DNA from: Marsupella aquatica
Lineage: Eukaryota; Plantae; Marchantiophyta
Direction of reading: 5' to 3'
DNA length: 64,000 nt
Assembly (NCBI GenBank): GCA_973895155.1
Contig: OZ316892.1
Span: 24,003,971 to 24,067,970 of the forward strand
The notes under the pieces are model-generated. The model was not told the origin of the DNA. It searched no databases and worked only from the letters and a program-made list of their open reading frames with translations. Below, one piece after another: positions 37,501 through 48,800 of this stretch. A program made the translations under genes and the position numbers. Position 1 is the first letter of the stretch; every line of letters begins with the position of its first letter.

Positions 37501-38216
37501 CCAGATGGAGGTTGTTGCCCATTCCCAATACTACGCCCAATGGAAGCTTGGGCACTGCCAGATTCAATCCCCTTCACAGCCACAGCTGCAGATGTGAGGC
37601 CCACGCTGCCAACAGCATATAGCCACCAACCTGCACCAGCATGAGGACCTCTCTCTGGCACACTACCGTCTCTAGACTCCTCATTATTATTATCGTCGTC
37701 TCCTGTTGATGCCCTAATTGTAACATACCGCCTTCCTTCGCCTTGAGCAGGGCTGGAAGCTAATTCTATGCATATTGATGAATCCTTTCTTGTCTCATTT
37801 CGCAGTTGAGGACCATCATACGGAAAGTTCTTGCCCAGTAGACATCCAGCCAACTTATTGGGGCACTTGGGACCCGATTTGGCGAGCTTCTGAGCAGCTG
37901 TGGTGAGGGTGTATTGATTCCTGTTCAGCTTCTGCGAGGAAATCTCACGAGAGGGTCCCAACTCGTGGTGTTTGATCAGGAGACAGGAGAGGCGTGGGGG
38001 CTGCAGCTGGGGGCTCTTTCTCAACCACTTAATGGTAGACTTTGTGGTGAAAGACCTTTCCCCTTCGAATAGAACCACAAGCTCCCCATCAAGGCCCCGT
38101 GATTCGGCCGATGTCAATGCAGCAGGCGCAGCAGCGTTCCGGGTCTTTCGGTTTGCTAAGGAAAGAGATGATGATGGCGATGGTGGCCGAGGAGAAAATT
38201 TTAGATGTAAATCCAT
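34541..38216 (-). CDS. ~1010-aa protein: plastid-type leader, long disordered region, coiled coil and predicted beta-barrel resembling cyanobacterial SomA/OprB-type porins. Exons 38216-36525, 36012-35536, 35404-34541
   Basis: Three long ORFs joined in frame by a GC-AG intron (GAG|GCACGT...TGCAG) and a GT-AG intron. Motifs LRRLQREAFSDLLKIRERLEKLE, TTLKGEV, VRFTFET...DLLTTQ and C-terminal QMEAFVKL...SLQPGLVYI...MLRSSWTL. The start codon and first donor are inferred. Confidence 0.75.
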
Positions 38217-39269
38217 CCCGAGGAGCAGCCTCAAAAAGTTAAAACTCGGAAAAGGACTACTTGGCAATTACCTCCGGTACGCTTGAAGAGCCTCACCCGA
38301 TTCCGAGTGGTGGTTGAGTTGCAGCAGCAGGCTGGCAACTGACCACAGCTCATCCAAATTCCCAGCAACCTCAGAAAGGTATCTTTGATTGTCCCAGAGC
38401 ACATTGCATCGAACCCCACCTTTAGAGTCCATTCTCCTTCCTAGACAGAACCTGAACAAAGAAAACGGGGTTCGGCCGTGAAAGCGTCAAATCCTCAAGT
38501 TCCTCCTTTCCTACCTGTATGACACATGGTAAGAACTGGAATATGAACTGGAAACTTCTACACAATCTCTGAAATACGGACGACAGCGACCTCGGGGTCG
38601 AGAGGTCATCACGTGCATTAAAGGAACAGGAACAGAGGCGGATCAGTGATTGAAATCTATTTTGAGATGATCCGTCCCTTTCCAAGATAAAAAGAAGCAC
38701 CAGCAAGGTTGCTCCAGATTGGATAATGAACACCACTAAATCGATGAAGACTGCCAAACATCAACAAATACAACAGAGGCATGGAAGAAAACCCTCAACG
38801 TGGTCCCAAAAGAGGTCCTCTAAGAGGCTCAGCCCCCAAAATGCTACACCACAATGCAAAGGCATACCACGACCAAGTCATCCTCATTATCATCGGCGGC
38901 AGCAGCACAGGAAGAAGAAGAACAACGAAAGAGACAATAGAGTGGACATTTGTTGCAACGCAACTCACCGAATGCCGGCCAAAAGAAAATCAACCGCTGA
39001 AAGCTACCGATCACGAGAAAAATCACAAAATTTTCCACCATCGCAGAAAAGCAACCAAATGTGTTGCTAACATGCTAATTGGCTGGCAGAGTGCTGTTCC
39101 GCTACTCTCTCCCCAGTCCCTCCCTTGTTACTGGGCAACAAGATCTCAGCGAGGTCCGTAATAATTGCTACATCTGCAAATCTCGGACGTAAAGACAACT
39201 ACAAAGCGGATCACCCAATCACAGCTCTGTCCACGCCGAATCCTAACTTTTCCGCTTCTGCTTCTACGA

Positions 39270-39639
39270 AAGGCTCCAAAACACCAAAACCCTGCCTCTG
39301 AACTCTGAACGCTCTGAAGTAAAACTTTAGTAGACAAAATGCTCCGCAAGAGGCGCAATTTCAGACGGTAACGGAAACCGAAAGCAGGTGAAGAGACTCA
39401 CAACATGGAATAACAGTGAGTCCGAGGGATTGTGAAGTCGGATTCACCGTGTTTCCACCAAAGGCTCCAAAGCACCAAAACCCTTCCTCTGAACTCTGAA
39501 TGCTCCGAAATAAACCTTAGTGGACAAAATGCTCCGCAAAAGGCGCAATTTCACACAGTGGGGACAACCGAAAGAAGGTGAAGAGACTCGCAACTTGGAA
39601 TACCAGGGAGTCCGAGGGACTGTGGAGTCAGATTCACCG
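39270..39639. repeat. ~190-bp diverged tandem duplication upstream of the porin-like gene
   Basis: aggctccaaa(a/g)caccaaaaccct...gctccgcaa...gaagagactc...gattcaccg at ~39270 and ~39461. Confidence 0.85.
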
Positions 39640-42226
39640 ACATCGCTAGATTCAACGGCAGTTTTGAGTACAGATTTCGAATGTGAACTGATGAACCCAC
39701 AACCCTAAAGAAACGAAGAAGGTGAATCGAAAACGCCAGAGGTACAATTTGGCGGGGGAAGTATTCGAAGGGAGGGTGCGGTTTCATGCTGATCCCAAGG
39801 GCTATCCGCCCTCAATTCTCAGGTTCTGTGGACCTCCAGCTCTCTAGTCTACTAAAGACCCTGGGTACATAACCTGGTCCATGTTTAGGGAGCCTTACTT
39901 TAGAGGTTGGTAAGAGCATCTCCACCCGGACTCGCCCTGCAACCTCCATATGTTGCAAAGAGCAGCTGTTTTGGCCAGCGAGCCCCCCACCGCCACCCAG
40001 CTAGCATCCTCTATAAGGTTGCAGGCTCCCCTAAAATTGTTCACCCCAACCGCTACATTTGGTAGAGTTGGCAGTCGGGGGCTCCATTTGAGCAACCCAG
40101 TCCCAATGTTTCCTGGTGTGTTTTTTACTTGGTACGACGTTGCTTACGAAATGGGGGCTTGTTTTGGGGGGCTGGGGGTGGGGATTGCCTTCAGTTGAAC
40201 TTGGCCCCTAAACTCTTTGGGCCTGCAAGGGACCTGCCAAATTTTGCCGATAGCGGTGGTGTTCCGTCAACTGGTGGAGATACTCTAACCGCATCAGTTA
40301 TCAGCGATCTGGTTGGATTAGAAAATGCTGTCAGTCACTCCCATCAGCCACTCCCATCGGCCAAATTCCCTCTTGGCTGGCCTCGTTGAATGACTTTTTG
40401 CCTTAACACCCTCACTGAGCTGGAAAATTTCCACTTGACTGACCTTGCTGAGCCTCTTTTTCACTCAATGGCCTTGTCAAGTAAACATTCCCAGGGAAAA
40501 AAATACACTCACCTAACCTAGCTGAGTCACTTTTTCACCTTGACAGTCTCCAGGAGCTCTCTCAATGGCCTTGTTGAGTAGGAAGGTTCCATATGCAAAC
40601 AACGGATGGGAGCAACTGACTAGTGATACGGACAACTAATAAGTGATGGGGTTGTGACACTGCACTGTTTAGAATTTTACTATAGTGCCTTTTGAAAGGT
40701 GTGAAATCACCAATTGAAACTACCCTCTTTTTGAACTAATCAAATATGTTACCCCTGTTCCAGTACACAGTCTAACCTGGGGATGGAACTACTGGCAGAA
40801 TTAATCTTTGTTCCTCATTCTGGTCTTGTCTCCACCTTCTGTGCCATATGGGTAACCTCATTTGTATGGTTAACCATATGAATTAGTTTTAACTCATCTA
40901 CAATTGTAGGGGCAATTCAGTCATTTACTTTGAAAATGAGGATCATAGGTAGGTGGTGTCTCACCGCTGCCAGGGTTAGTAGAAACTCTCCAAGAGCGCT
41001 TGGTCACAAAGACTTAATTAACACTTGTGCCCATCTCTCACATGGTGGTTTATGTGTATTTGTGACAAATGTATAGATTGAACATATTTATTCCATTAAA
41101 AATATATAATAAAGAGAATAAAATAAAAGTTTTCCTCCAATCATGTGGGTGTGCTTGGACTCTCCAACGCGGTGACCGCTATTGCACATCCCCACTATGT
41201 CATGCCAACAACAACATTTTCACATGAACATATTGATGACAGTTTTGCAACAACAACCACCCAACCAATATCTTGCAATCACAAACTTGACTCCACAAAT
41301 GACCCAGTCAGAACAATAACACTTTTGTATCTCACTTGCAATTCTAAAGTTAGATCAAATAAATTACCCACTTGCAACGACAATTGTGTAACACACAAGC
41401 ATTGAAAATATGGTCATAACAACACCATGATCACCATGACAATACCATTGCAAGGACACATAACATACCTCAATAACTTCTTTGCCTTAGCTCAACACCA
41501 TGGTCACAACAACCACATGGCCACAACAATTTCATGACCATGATGGAAAATGGTCACAATGACACATAATAGGTCTTAATAGCTTTCTTGCATCACCTGA
41601 ATTTTCTTGCTTCTTCTCCATGTCTTTTCCTTTACTCAACATCTTCGTCTTGCATCAAGATCTTGGCCCCTCCTCGACATTTTGCAACACACAGGCATTG
41701 GGCTAGTGATTTCTATAAAGAGTGACTAGTACAGGAATGAAAGGGCAATGAGTGCACCTACATTCAATGACAAAAGAGAGAGAAGAATCAAAGAACTTTA
41801 GCTTGATTCTTAACTTTACACTCAATAATACATATGACAAAAAAGAAAACAACCCTACACTCCCTCTTAGAATCAAGTAAAAACAGAGATTCTATGCAAA
41901 GACATATCATACCTGAATTTGATACAAGTAAATGAATTTCAATCTAGCAAATTTCAAGATTTTGTCTCCTCTACAAAGAGATATCCTATCTAGATTTAGT
42001 GCTCAATTTCTCATTCATGGAGTGAAGCTCCGTCCAGTAGTGCAAGTTTTCAGGTACTTTATTGCTCTCATAAAATAATTGTGAAACGGACTAGAGAGAT
42101 TCAGGGCACCATCTCATTCCCCCAACCATTCCCCCAACCATCTCTCCTTCACATCACTGTCCTCCTCTTAATTGCCCAATTGGATGCAGCTGGTCATTGA
42201 AAAGCAACCCCTCCTTTTCTTCTGAA

Positions 42227-42495
42227 GACAGATAGTGTTCGTACCAGATAGTGCCCACTGACTGCCTAAAACATTAATTTCCTGGATCTTCAGTGTTGAT
42301 CTAGTGTTGTTCACTAGACAGATAGTGTTCGTACCAGATAGTGCCCACTAACTGCCTAAAAACATTAACTTCTTGGATCTTCAGTGTTGATCAAGTGTTT
42401 ACCGGACGGATGTTGATCTAGTGTTGTTCACTTAGAGACAGATAGTGTTCGTATCAGATAGTGCCCACTGACTGCCTAAAACATGAACTTCCTAG
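42227..42495. repeat. ~90-120-bp x3 tandem repeat
   Basis: gacagatagtgttcgtaccagatagtgcccactgactgcctaaaa at 42227, 42317 and 42437. Confidence 0.85.
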
Positions 42496-42899
42496 ATGCA
42501 CGTCTAGCTGTCACACGAGCACGTAAAAATTAATAGGCCAACCCTCGGGGACATGGTCTTCATCCCTCAGGAACTGAGGAGCAGTTTGATCTTAGTTTTG
42601 TGGCTAATAGGGCGTGAGTGATGAAGGGAACAGATAACTCCTTACATACAATTCGCGTAGGCCATCCAAGCATGTGTTCTATGTCTTCTGACAAGCCTTG
42701 CCAAGACTCAACACCGACAATGCAAAGAACTCAAAACCTTAGAATAACTGAAATTTGAGTGATGCTCGTGGCGGTATGTCAAATCACTTGTACTGCTTGT
42801 AGACACAATCATATGTACAAGACTGCGGTGGTTTACTTGGGACAAGATTCTTATCTCATGCAAGATTGTTCTTTATCCTAATCAGGCTCCCTTAATTTG

Positions 42900-44950
42900 C
42901 GTGCTTCTTTTGCTGGCTACTATGGTTCCATCACTCAGTTTGCACTGTGTCGATTGTCCCAAAGCGTCCTTCTCCTATTCGTGCACTCTCAGCAAAGTTG
43001 TCTGTAGTCTTCTTTAGCTCCCGAAGTGGCACTAGCGTACACTCTCCATCGCCATGTTGCAGCCGCACAACTTCCCATGGCTATTTGTTAGGTGTCCGCC
43101 AATTGTGAGCAACAACACCCACCATTGTACACAAAGTCCTCAAGAATAAACTTGGAGACATGGATTTAAGGGAGGACCACGAAGTCCAGCCATGTCAGCA
43201 AAGATGTCTGGATTAAAGAAGCTACTGTTTGGTGTATAGTAGAAAGAAATCCTGATAAATTGTTGTTGTGACACAGCAAACAGTCCTAGTAGTGGAAGCA
43301 TAAAGATACTTTTGGGAACAGGTCCACTCAAATCATCGCTAGAAGATACAAAGTTAGAGAGATCGTAAACGCGAGACATTGAAAAATGACCCAACCATCT
43401 TCAAGGGACTGTTGCTGAGATTCAAATCTTGGAGGTGAGATAGCTTAAGGAAGCATCTATTAGGAACAGGCGTTCCCAAAATGTTCTTCCCTGCAACCCG
43501 AACTTCACTCTAAGGTGACCCTCAAAGCTACACTGAACGACATTAGAATTGGCCGGTGTCTCCAGCATAGTCGGTCAGATCTAGACAGGAATGGCTTCTG
43601 GTTTGGTCCAGTGAAGCTTGTTGTAGTTCAGGTTCATCCATCTCACTCTGTTGCGTACAGTCACATCTGCAATTTTTGAGAGGTCTCATGTCAAGAGACT
43701 GTTTTCTAGTCGACACTCGTATATGTTCGCCAAACCAGGTCCCCCGAGAAGGGACATTGACTACGTCTATAGATAGATGATTATTCTGAACGCACAAAGT
43801 GTGGATGGTCCTAACATATCCACTAAAGAGCTTTAAGGGAATGGTCTAGTCAACTTATTGTGGCTAAGATCAAGGAAAGCAAAACAGTAATAGCTGGCAG
43901 CATTAACATGGATGCCACCAATAACCTGGAGATTTGTGTTTCAAATTAAGGGTAGCACAGAAATTGAATTGAGCCCCGAATTGAGCCTGTGCCATATCGG
44001 TAAGAATTGTTCCCCTGGCTTGTTTGTTGAAAACCGCCGTCATAACTGTTCCCTGGCTTATTTGGAGGAAACCACCCTCATTATTTACGCTTTAACGAAA
44101 AAAATCGAAAGGGGATCCCCCTGACAATCGGTTGGAGTGCATGTTTAGGCACTCCAAGTTGGGATCCATCTACTATGACAATTTTGCCCAACTTACAGTA
44201 CCTAAATATGTCCTCTAGCTAATTGGAGGAAAAGCTCCATAGAGCAATATTTGCACCTACAAACCAATGTTAGACGAAGTGTGTAACCCAGTCGTCGTCG
44301 AGCTTCAACTGGACAGGATTTTTCATGTTTAGAAGAGCAAGAATTGGGCCCCTCAAATGCTAACGAGAAAGACCTACAAAGACAAGACTAGCAGTTCGCC
44401 CAAATCTAAAAATGGGCCAGAAAGACGGTTGTTAGCCAGATGAAGCAACTGGAAATTCTCCAGGCCACGCAATATGGGGACCTCACCATAGATATGGCTC
44501 TGCTGAAGGGAAATATACCACAGCCTCCGGCAGGCAGAAATACTTGCTGGTGCAATGCTCATCATTTTATTCAATTGGATCTGTCATCCAGCCAGTTCAG
44601 TCTAGTCAAATAGTAGACACCCTCTGGAAATGCGTTGAAAGAGTTGGATGAGAGATCCAGATGGGTAAGTCCAGTCAAACTCCCGGTCCCGTATACTGAA
44701 TCAAACTGGTTCGATGACAGGTCCAATTGACGAACATCTCAGAGGTCAGACAATGCAGAGACAGTAATGGAAATCCCGCTCTCGGTCTCGAAATTCGCCC
44801 ATCCCGAAAGATGATGCCTAAGCGCACGAATCCCTGTTACTCGCATTCCAATCCAGGCGTTCCTGCCCATATCCAGCGTTCTGTGCTTTCGAATCTGAGA
44901 AAGCTGCCAACATCGCGGCTCCTTGGATTATGACCAGCATCGATCCACTT
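42900..44950 (-). pseudogene. Decayed LRR receptor-like kinase pseudogene
   Basis: Minus-strand fragments in correct order: LRRNT-like LAAF...LDW...SCA* (~44820-44930); QLDLSSNQF...LTGLTHLDLSSNSF (44600-44735); LLHLANNRLSGPF (~44430); LSGPVP...AGLRGPPLNPC cap (43150-43335); kinase start ELKKTTDNFAESARIGEGRFGTI (42950-43025). Stops and frameshifts throughout. Confidence 0.8.
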
Positions 44951-45517
44951 GCCCCAACAACAACATCCAAATCAGTAATCCTAAAAAGCTTCAAAGTAAG
45001 GCTGAACATCTCGACGCCATACCACCTGCACCGTGTAGATTGAACTCGTCCTGAAAAGGTTGAGACCCAGATGTACAAACACCCATATATCTGTTGAAGC
45101 TTGTCAGCCAGACAGCCACTATGTAAGTATCGATTGAGGGTTGTATCGGATCGGTCCTGAGAGGAGAGGAGATCGAAGGTCAGTTTCGGACTGTAGCCAA
45201 GGCGATTTCTCGTCTCGATACCGTCTACGCTCAGCTAGTCCTTTGTTTAGATTAATATGCTCTGATATCATCGGTGATCGAGAGAACCGATGCTGTACAG
45301 TGTCGAATAGTCAAGAGGACTTGGAAAGACTCGAGGAGTGAGATTCTGATCATTGTCTCAAATCCGCCGTGACTCAATCTTCATTGGGCAGACCACCTGT
45401 GCTGCTTTGTCCTCACTCCGAAGAATCACCCCGGCCGCCACTTAGCTCTTCGAAAATGATACTCCCATGGACCGAACATACAACGCAGCAAAGTTACTTG
45501 ATACGCAACAGTCTACA

Positions 45518-46040
45518 TATAAAGTTTTCGAGCTTCAAGAGAAACTAGTTTAGTGAGAATCTAATTAGGAGCTGATATAAAGTTTCAAGCTTCATGAGAA
45601 GCTTGTTTAGTGAGGATCTAATTATGGACCTCTGAGAAAGTTTTCAAGCTTCATGAAAAGCTTCTTTAGTGAGGATCTAGTCAAGAAGCTGATAGAAAGT
45701 TTTCGAGCTTCATGAGAAGCTCCTTTAGTGAGGAGCTGATAGAAAGTTTTCAAGCTTTAGGAGAAGCTTCTTTATTAGTGAGGATCTAATTAAGGGGATG
45801 ATAGAAAGTTTTCAAGCTTTGTGAGAGGCTTCCTTAGTGAGAATGTTTTTTCTTTAAGGGGAAATCCGTGAAATCTCACTGAAAGAGAGCCAACAGAAGC
45901 CAGGTACAACTTTTGACCCCAAGACCTATGAGTCCCTACTCAAACTCTCACACAATCACACAACCATGTATGCTTCCTCAGTGACAATCTAGTTAGGAGC
46001 TGAGAGGAAGTTTTGAAGCTTGTTTAGTGAGGATCTAATC
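45518..46040. repeat. ~58-bp minisatellite, about 6 tandem copies plus one detached copy
   Basis: gatagaaagttttcaagcttcatgagaagcttctttagtgaggatctaattaggagct-like units at 45518-45842 and ~45980-46040. Confidence 0.85.
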
Positions 46041-46539
46041 ACAGCTGAAGAATGCCTGAAACCCCAAAGAAAAAACCTGTACAATGGGTTTTTTTTCTTG
46101 GTGCTTATTATGTCATTTGTGCTAAGAAAAAGATGCTAGGAATATTATTTTCCATAATTTTACTATATTAATTTCTGACAATCATCTCACCCTACATTTA
46201 AGGATGACAATTGGATTCTGGCTAAATGGCTTATGGCTGGTTCCGAGCTGAAAAAAAGGGGGAAAAAAAACCAGAATGCCTGGTGACGGCCAATTGAGCC
46301 AAGCTAAGGCCAGAGTGGGCATGCACAGTCTAATGTTTAGTGCAATTGTGGTGAATGTCACCTTATGTGAACGAGAAGAGAAGACGCTAGCATTCTACTT
46401 TTCCTAGATTAATTTCTGACATCCACCAGATCTCCCTATATTTGGGGATGACCCTTAGATTCTCACTAATGGGATCTACAGCTTGGTGCAAAACTGCCTA
46501 GTGGAAAACAAAAAACCTAGCAATTTTTTGTTAAAAGTG

Positions 46540-47060
46540 ACGAAGGCAGTTAGAGAGGAGGAATCTAGAGAGTTTTTGTCACTAAAAAATTAAATCCTGC
46601 TCCCATTGACAAAGCCCCTCGACCATGCAACCCCATGAGTCGTGATACCTTCTCACCTTTACTCATTGACGCCCATCTTGTTCTCAAAAAGTTCTTGGTA
46701 AAAAAGTTTGACCTTCAATATCTTCCTTATATCTAACTGAATTTGCTCTTCTTGGTCTTGTTAGAAGCGGGTTGGAAAAGATCTTCTGACAGGTATAATA
46801 TCTCTATGTTCCATGAAGGATTGAGAGAGAGTTTAATTTCTAAATATTGCTCCATTGTTCACTTTCCACATGACTCCAAGAGTTTTTGAGCAGGTAGCTT
46901 TGACATTAAGTGGCCCTGTCTATATCTACAGAATGTAAGTTTTGAGGTTTCTTAGACAAGGTTTGGAAGGCCTTTGCAATCAACCTAATATAGTTTAATT
47001 TCATTGAAAATGAGATACCTTCAAAATTCCAACCATAATTGTCTTGGTTTCTTGTCACAT
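46540..47060. mobile_element. LINE ORF2 fragments in opposite orientations
   Basis: Plus strand PIDKAPRP (~46602-46625) resembles KAPGPDG. Minus strand KVKLFYQELFE (~46681-46715) resembles V..FY..LF. Confidence 0.3.
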
Positions 47061-48800
47061 TTCACTCATGAGTGTTATATGCACTATAAGAATAGAAAAC
47101 AGAGTTTTGCTACAACAACTTTTAAGTACTTTGCCACTAAAGATATTCTAACTGAAATGAAAATACTGCCACAGTTTTTTTTTGCATTTCCAAATGTGCC
47201 ATGGTTTTGTATATGGATGTCAAGTTCACCAACATTAGCAGGGGCACTATATACTACATCTGTGGCATATTTGTGAATACATTAAAAGCAGTACCAGTAT
47301 TGTAAAAACATATTTAGTGGCAATGTACTTAAGAGCTGTTTGCTACAATCCATCTGGGCTGAAAAGTCTATGCTAGCATTTTGGTAATATGGAGGTCCAT
47401 CCTCCATTCAGCATCACCTTGATTCATTCATTTGTTAGAAAGAACATACAAATATATATTACACTGCCAAAGGACAAAATCACCAAGTTATCAGGAGACA
47501 GGACCAAGAAGGCAGGACCCAATAAAGATGAGAAAACATAGAAACTACACCAAATCAAAGAGAAATCAAATGATCAGAACTTGAAAACCTGCCACCCCAG
47601 TCCCTAGCCTCTAGCCCCTGCAATGTTCCACAGGGCAACCAGCCTGGTACCATGCAGCCCTAGTGTCCCTACCAGCCTATTTTTTAAAGGTTTTTCCCTT
47701 TGTGCCATAGTGGCTAATGTCTTCTGTTGTGAAGTAGAAGATTCTAGAAATATTTCTTATATAATTTTCTTAGACTAATTTATGAACATTGGATTTCCCT
47801 AGATTTTAGCAGAACCATCAGATTCTGGCAAATGGGGTGTATGGCTAGGTGGGAAAGTAGGAAAAAAACCACTTGCTAGTTTTGGCCAAAAGTGGTTGAT
47901 ACTTTCTAGAGGGGTGGAATCTGGCACTCCCTTCCCTTCCCTTCTTCTGGTCACCAGGTTGTAGGGTGTGCTTTGGCATCCCAAAGATTTCCTTGTGTCC
48001 TGCACAAGGAGGGCAAGAGGCAGGCAGGAAGGAAACTTTTGGGGTTACACCAGGGAGTCTCAAACCTTGGAGTCTCAAACCTTGGAGTTGCGGCAAAAAA
48101 AGACTCCACAACTATGAGTTTTGGTCACAGTTCAGGGTACTTTGGTGTACGCCACTTTTTTCCCAGGAATCTGTTGCTGACCACGATCGGAGGCAGCAGC
48201 GTGACATTTGAGACGCCCTATTTGATCTCAAAGTAGCCCCAAGTGTAGTTTTACTCTATTTATGACCTAAAAGTTACACTTGAAATTGGATAACCCTGGA
48301 GGCCAGGTAGCAAAGGGAGCCAAAATCTCATAAATTCCAGACCAAGGTGGTAGGGGCTAATGGTTCATAACCATCCACAGAATTACAAAGAAAAAAGCAC
48401 AAAACATGACATCCAAACCCATCGTCCAGGTTTTGATGGTGGGGGGTTGGGGGCAAGGAACAAGATCCATGAAACCCTTTAGCAAAAAATCCTTTGTCTT
48501 GGTTTGGAAATCCTTCTTGAACCCTAAAGCTTTGCAGAGGAGAAGAGCGATGGAGCAGAGTGAATTCTGACTAGAGCTCTGGATCTCTACTGCAGAATTC
48601 CCACTCTGTGCGAAAGTGGAGCGACGGGAAATTCATGATTGTGAATGAATTGTACGCGATGTCTGTTCCGCAATTTTCTCGTTCGCCATTGCGCATCGTG
48701 TGCTGAAAGAATGGGAGCTTTTGATCCCTATTTGGTCTGCTCCGGGCATGGCCGTGACGGACGGAGGTCGATCTGATCAGACTGATTGGCCTCTAGGGCG

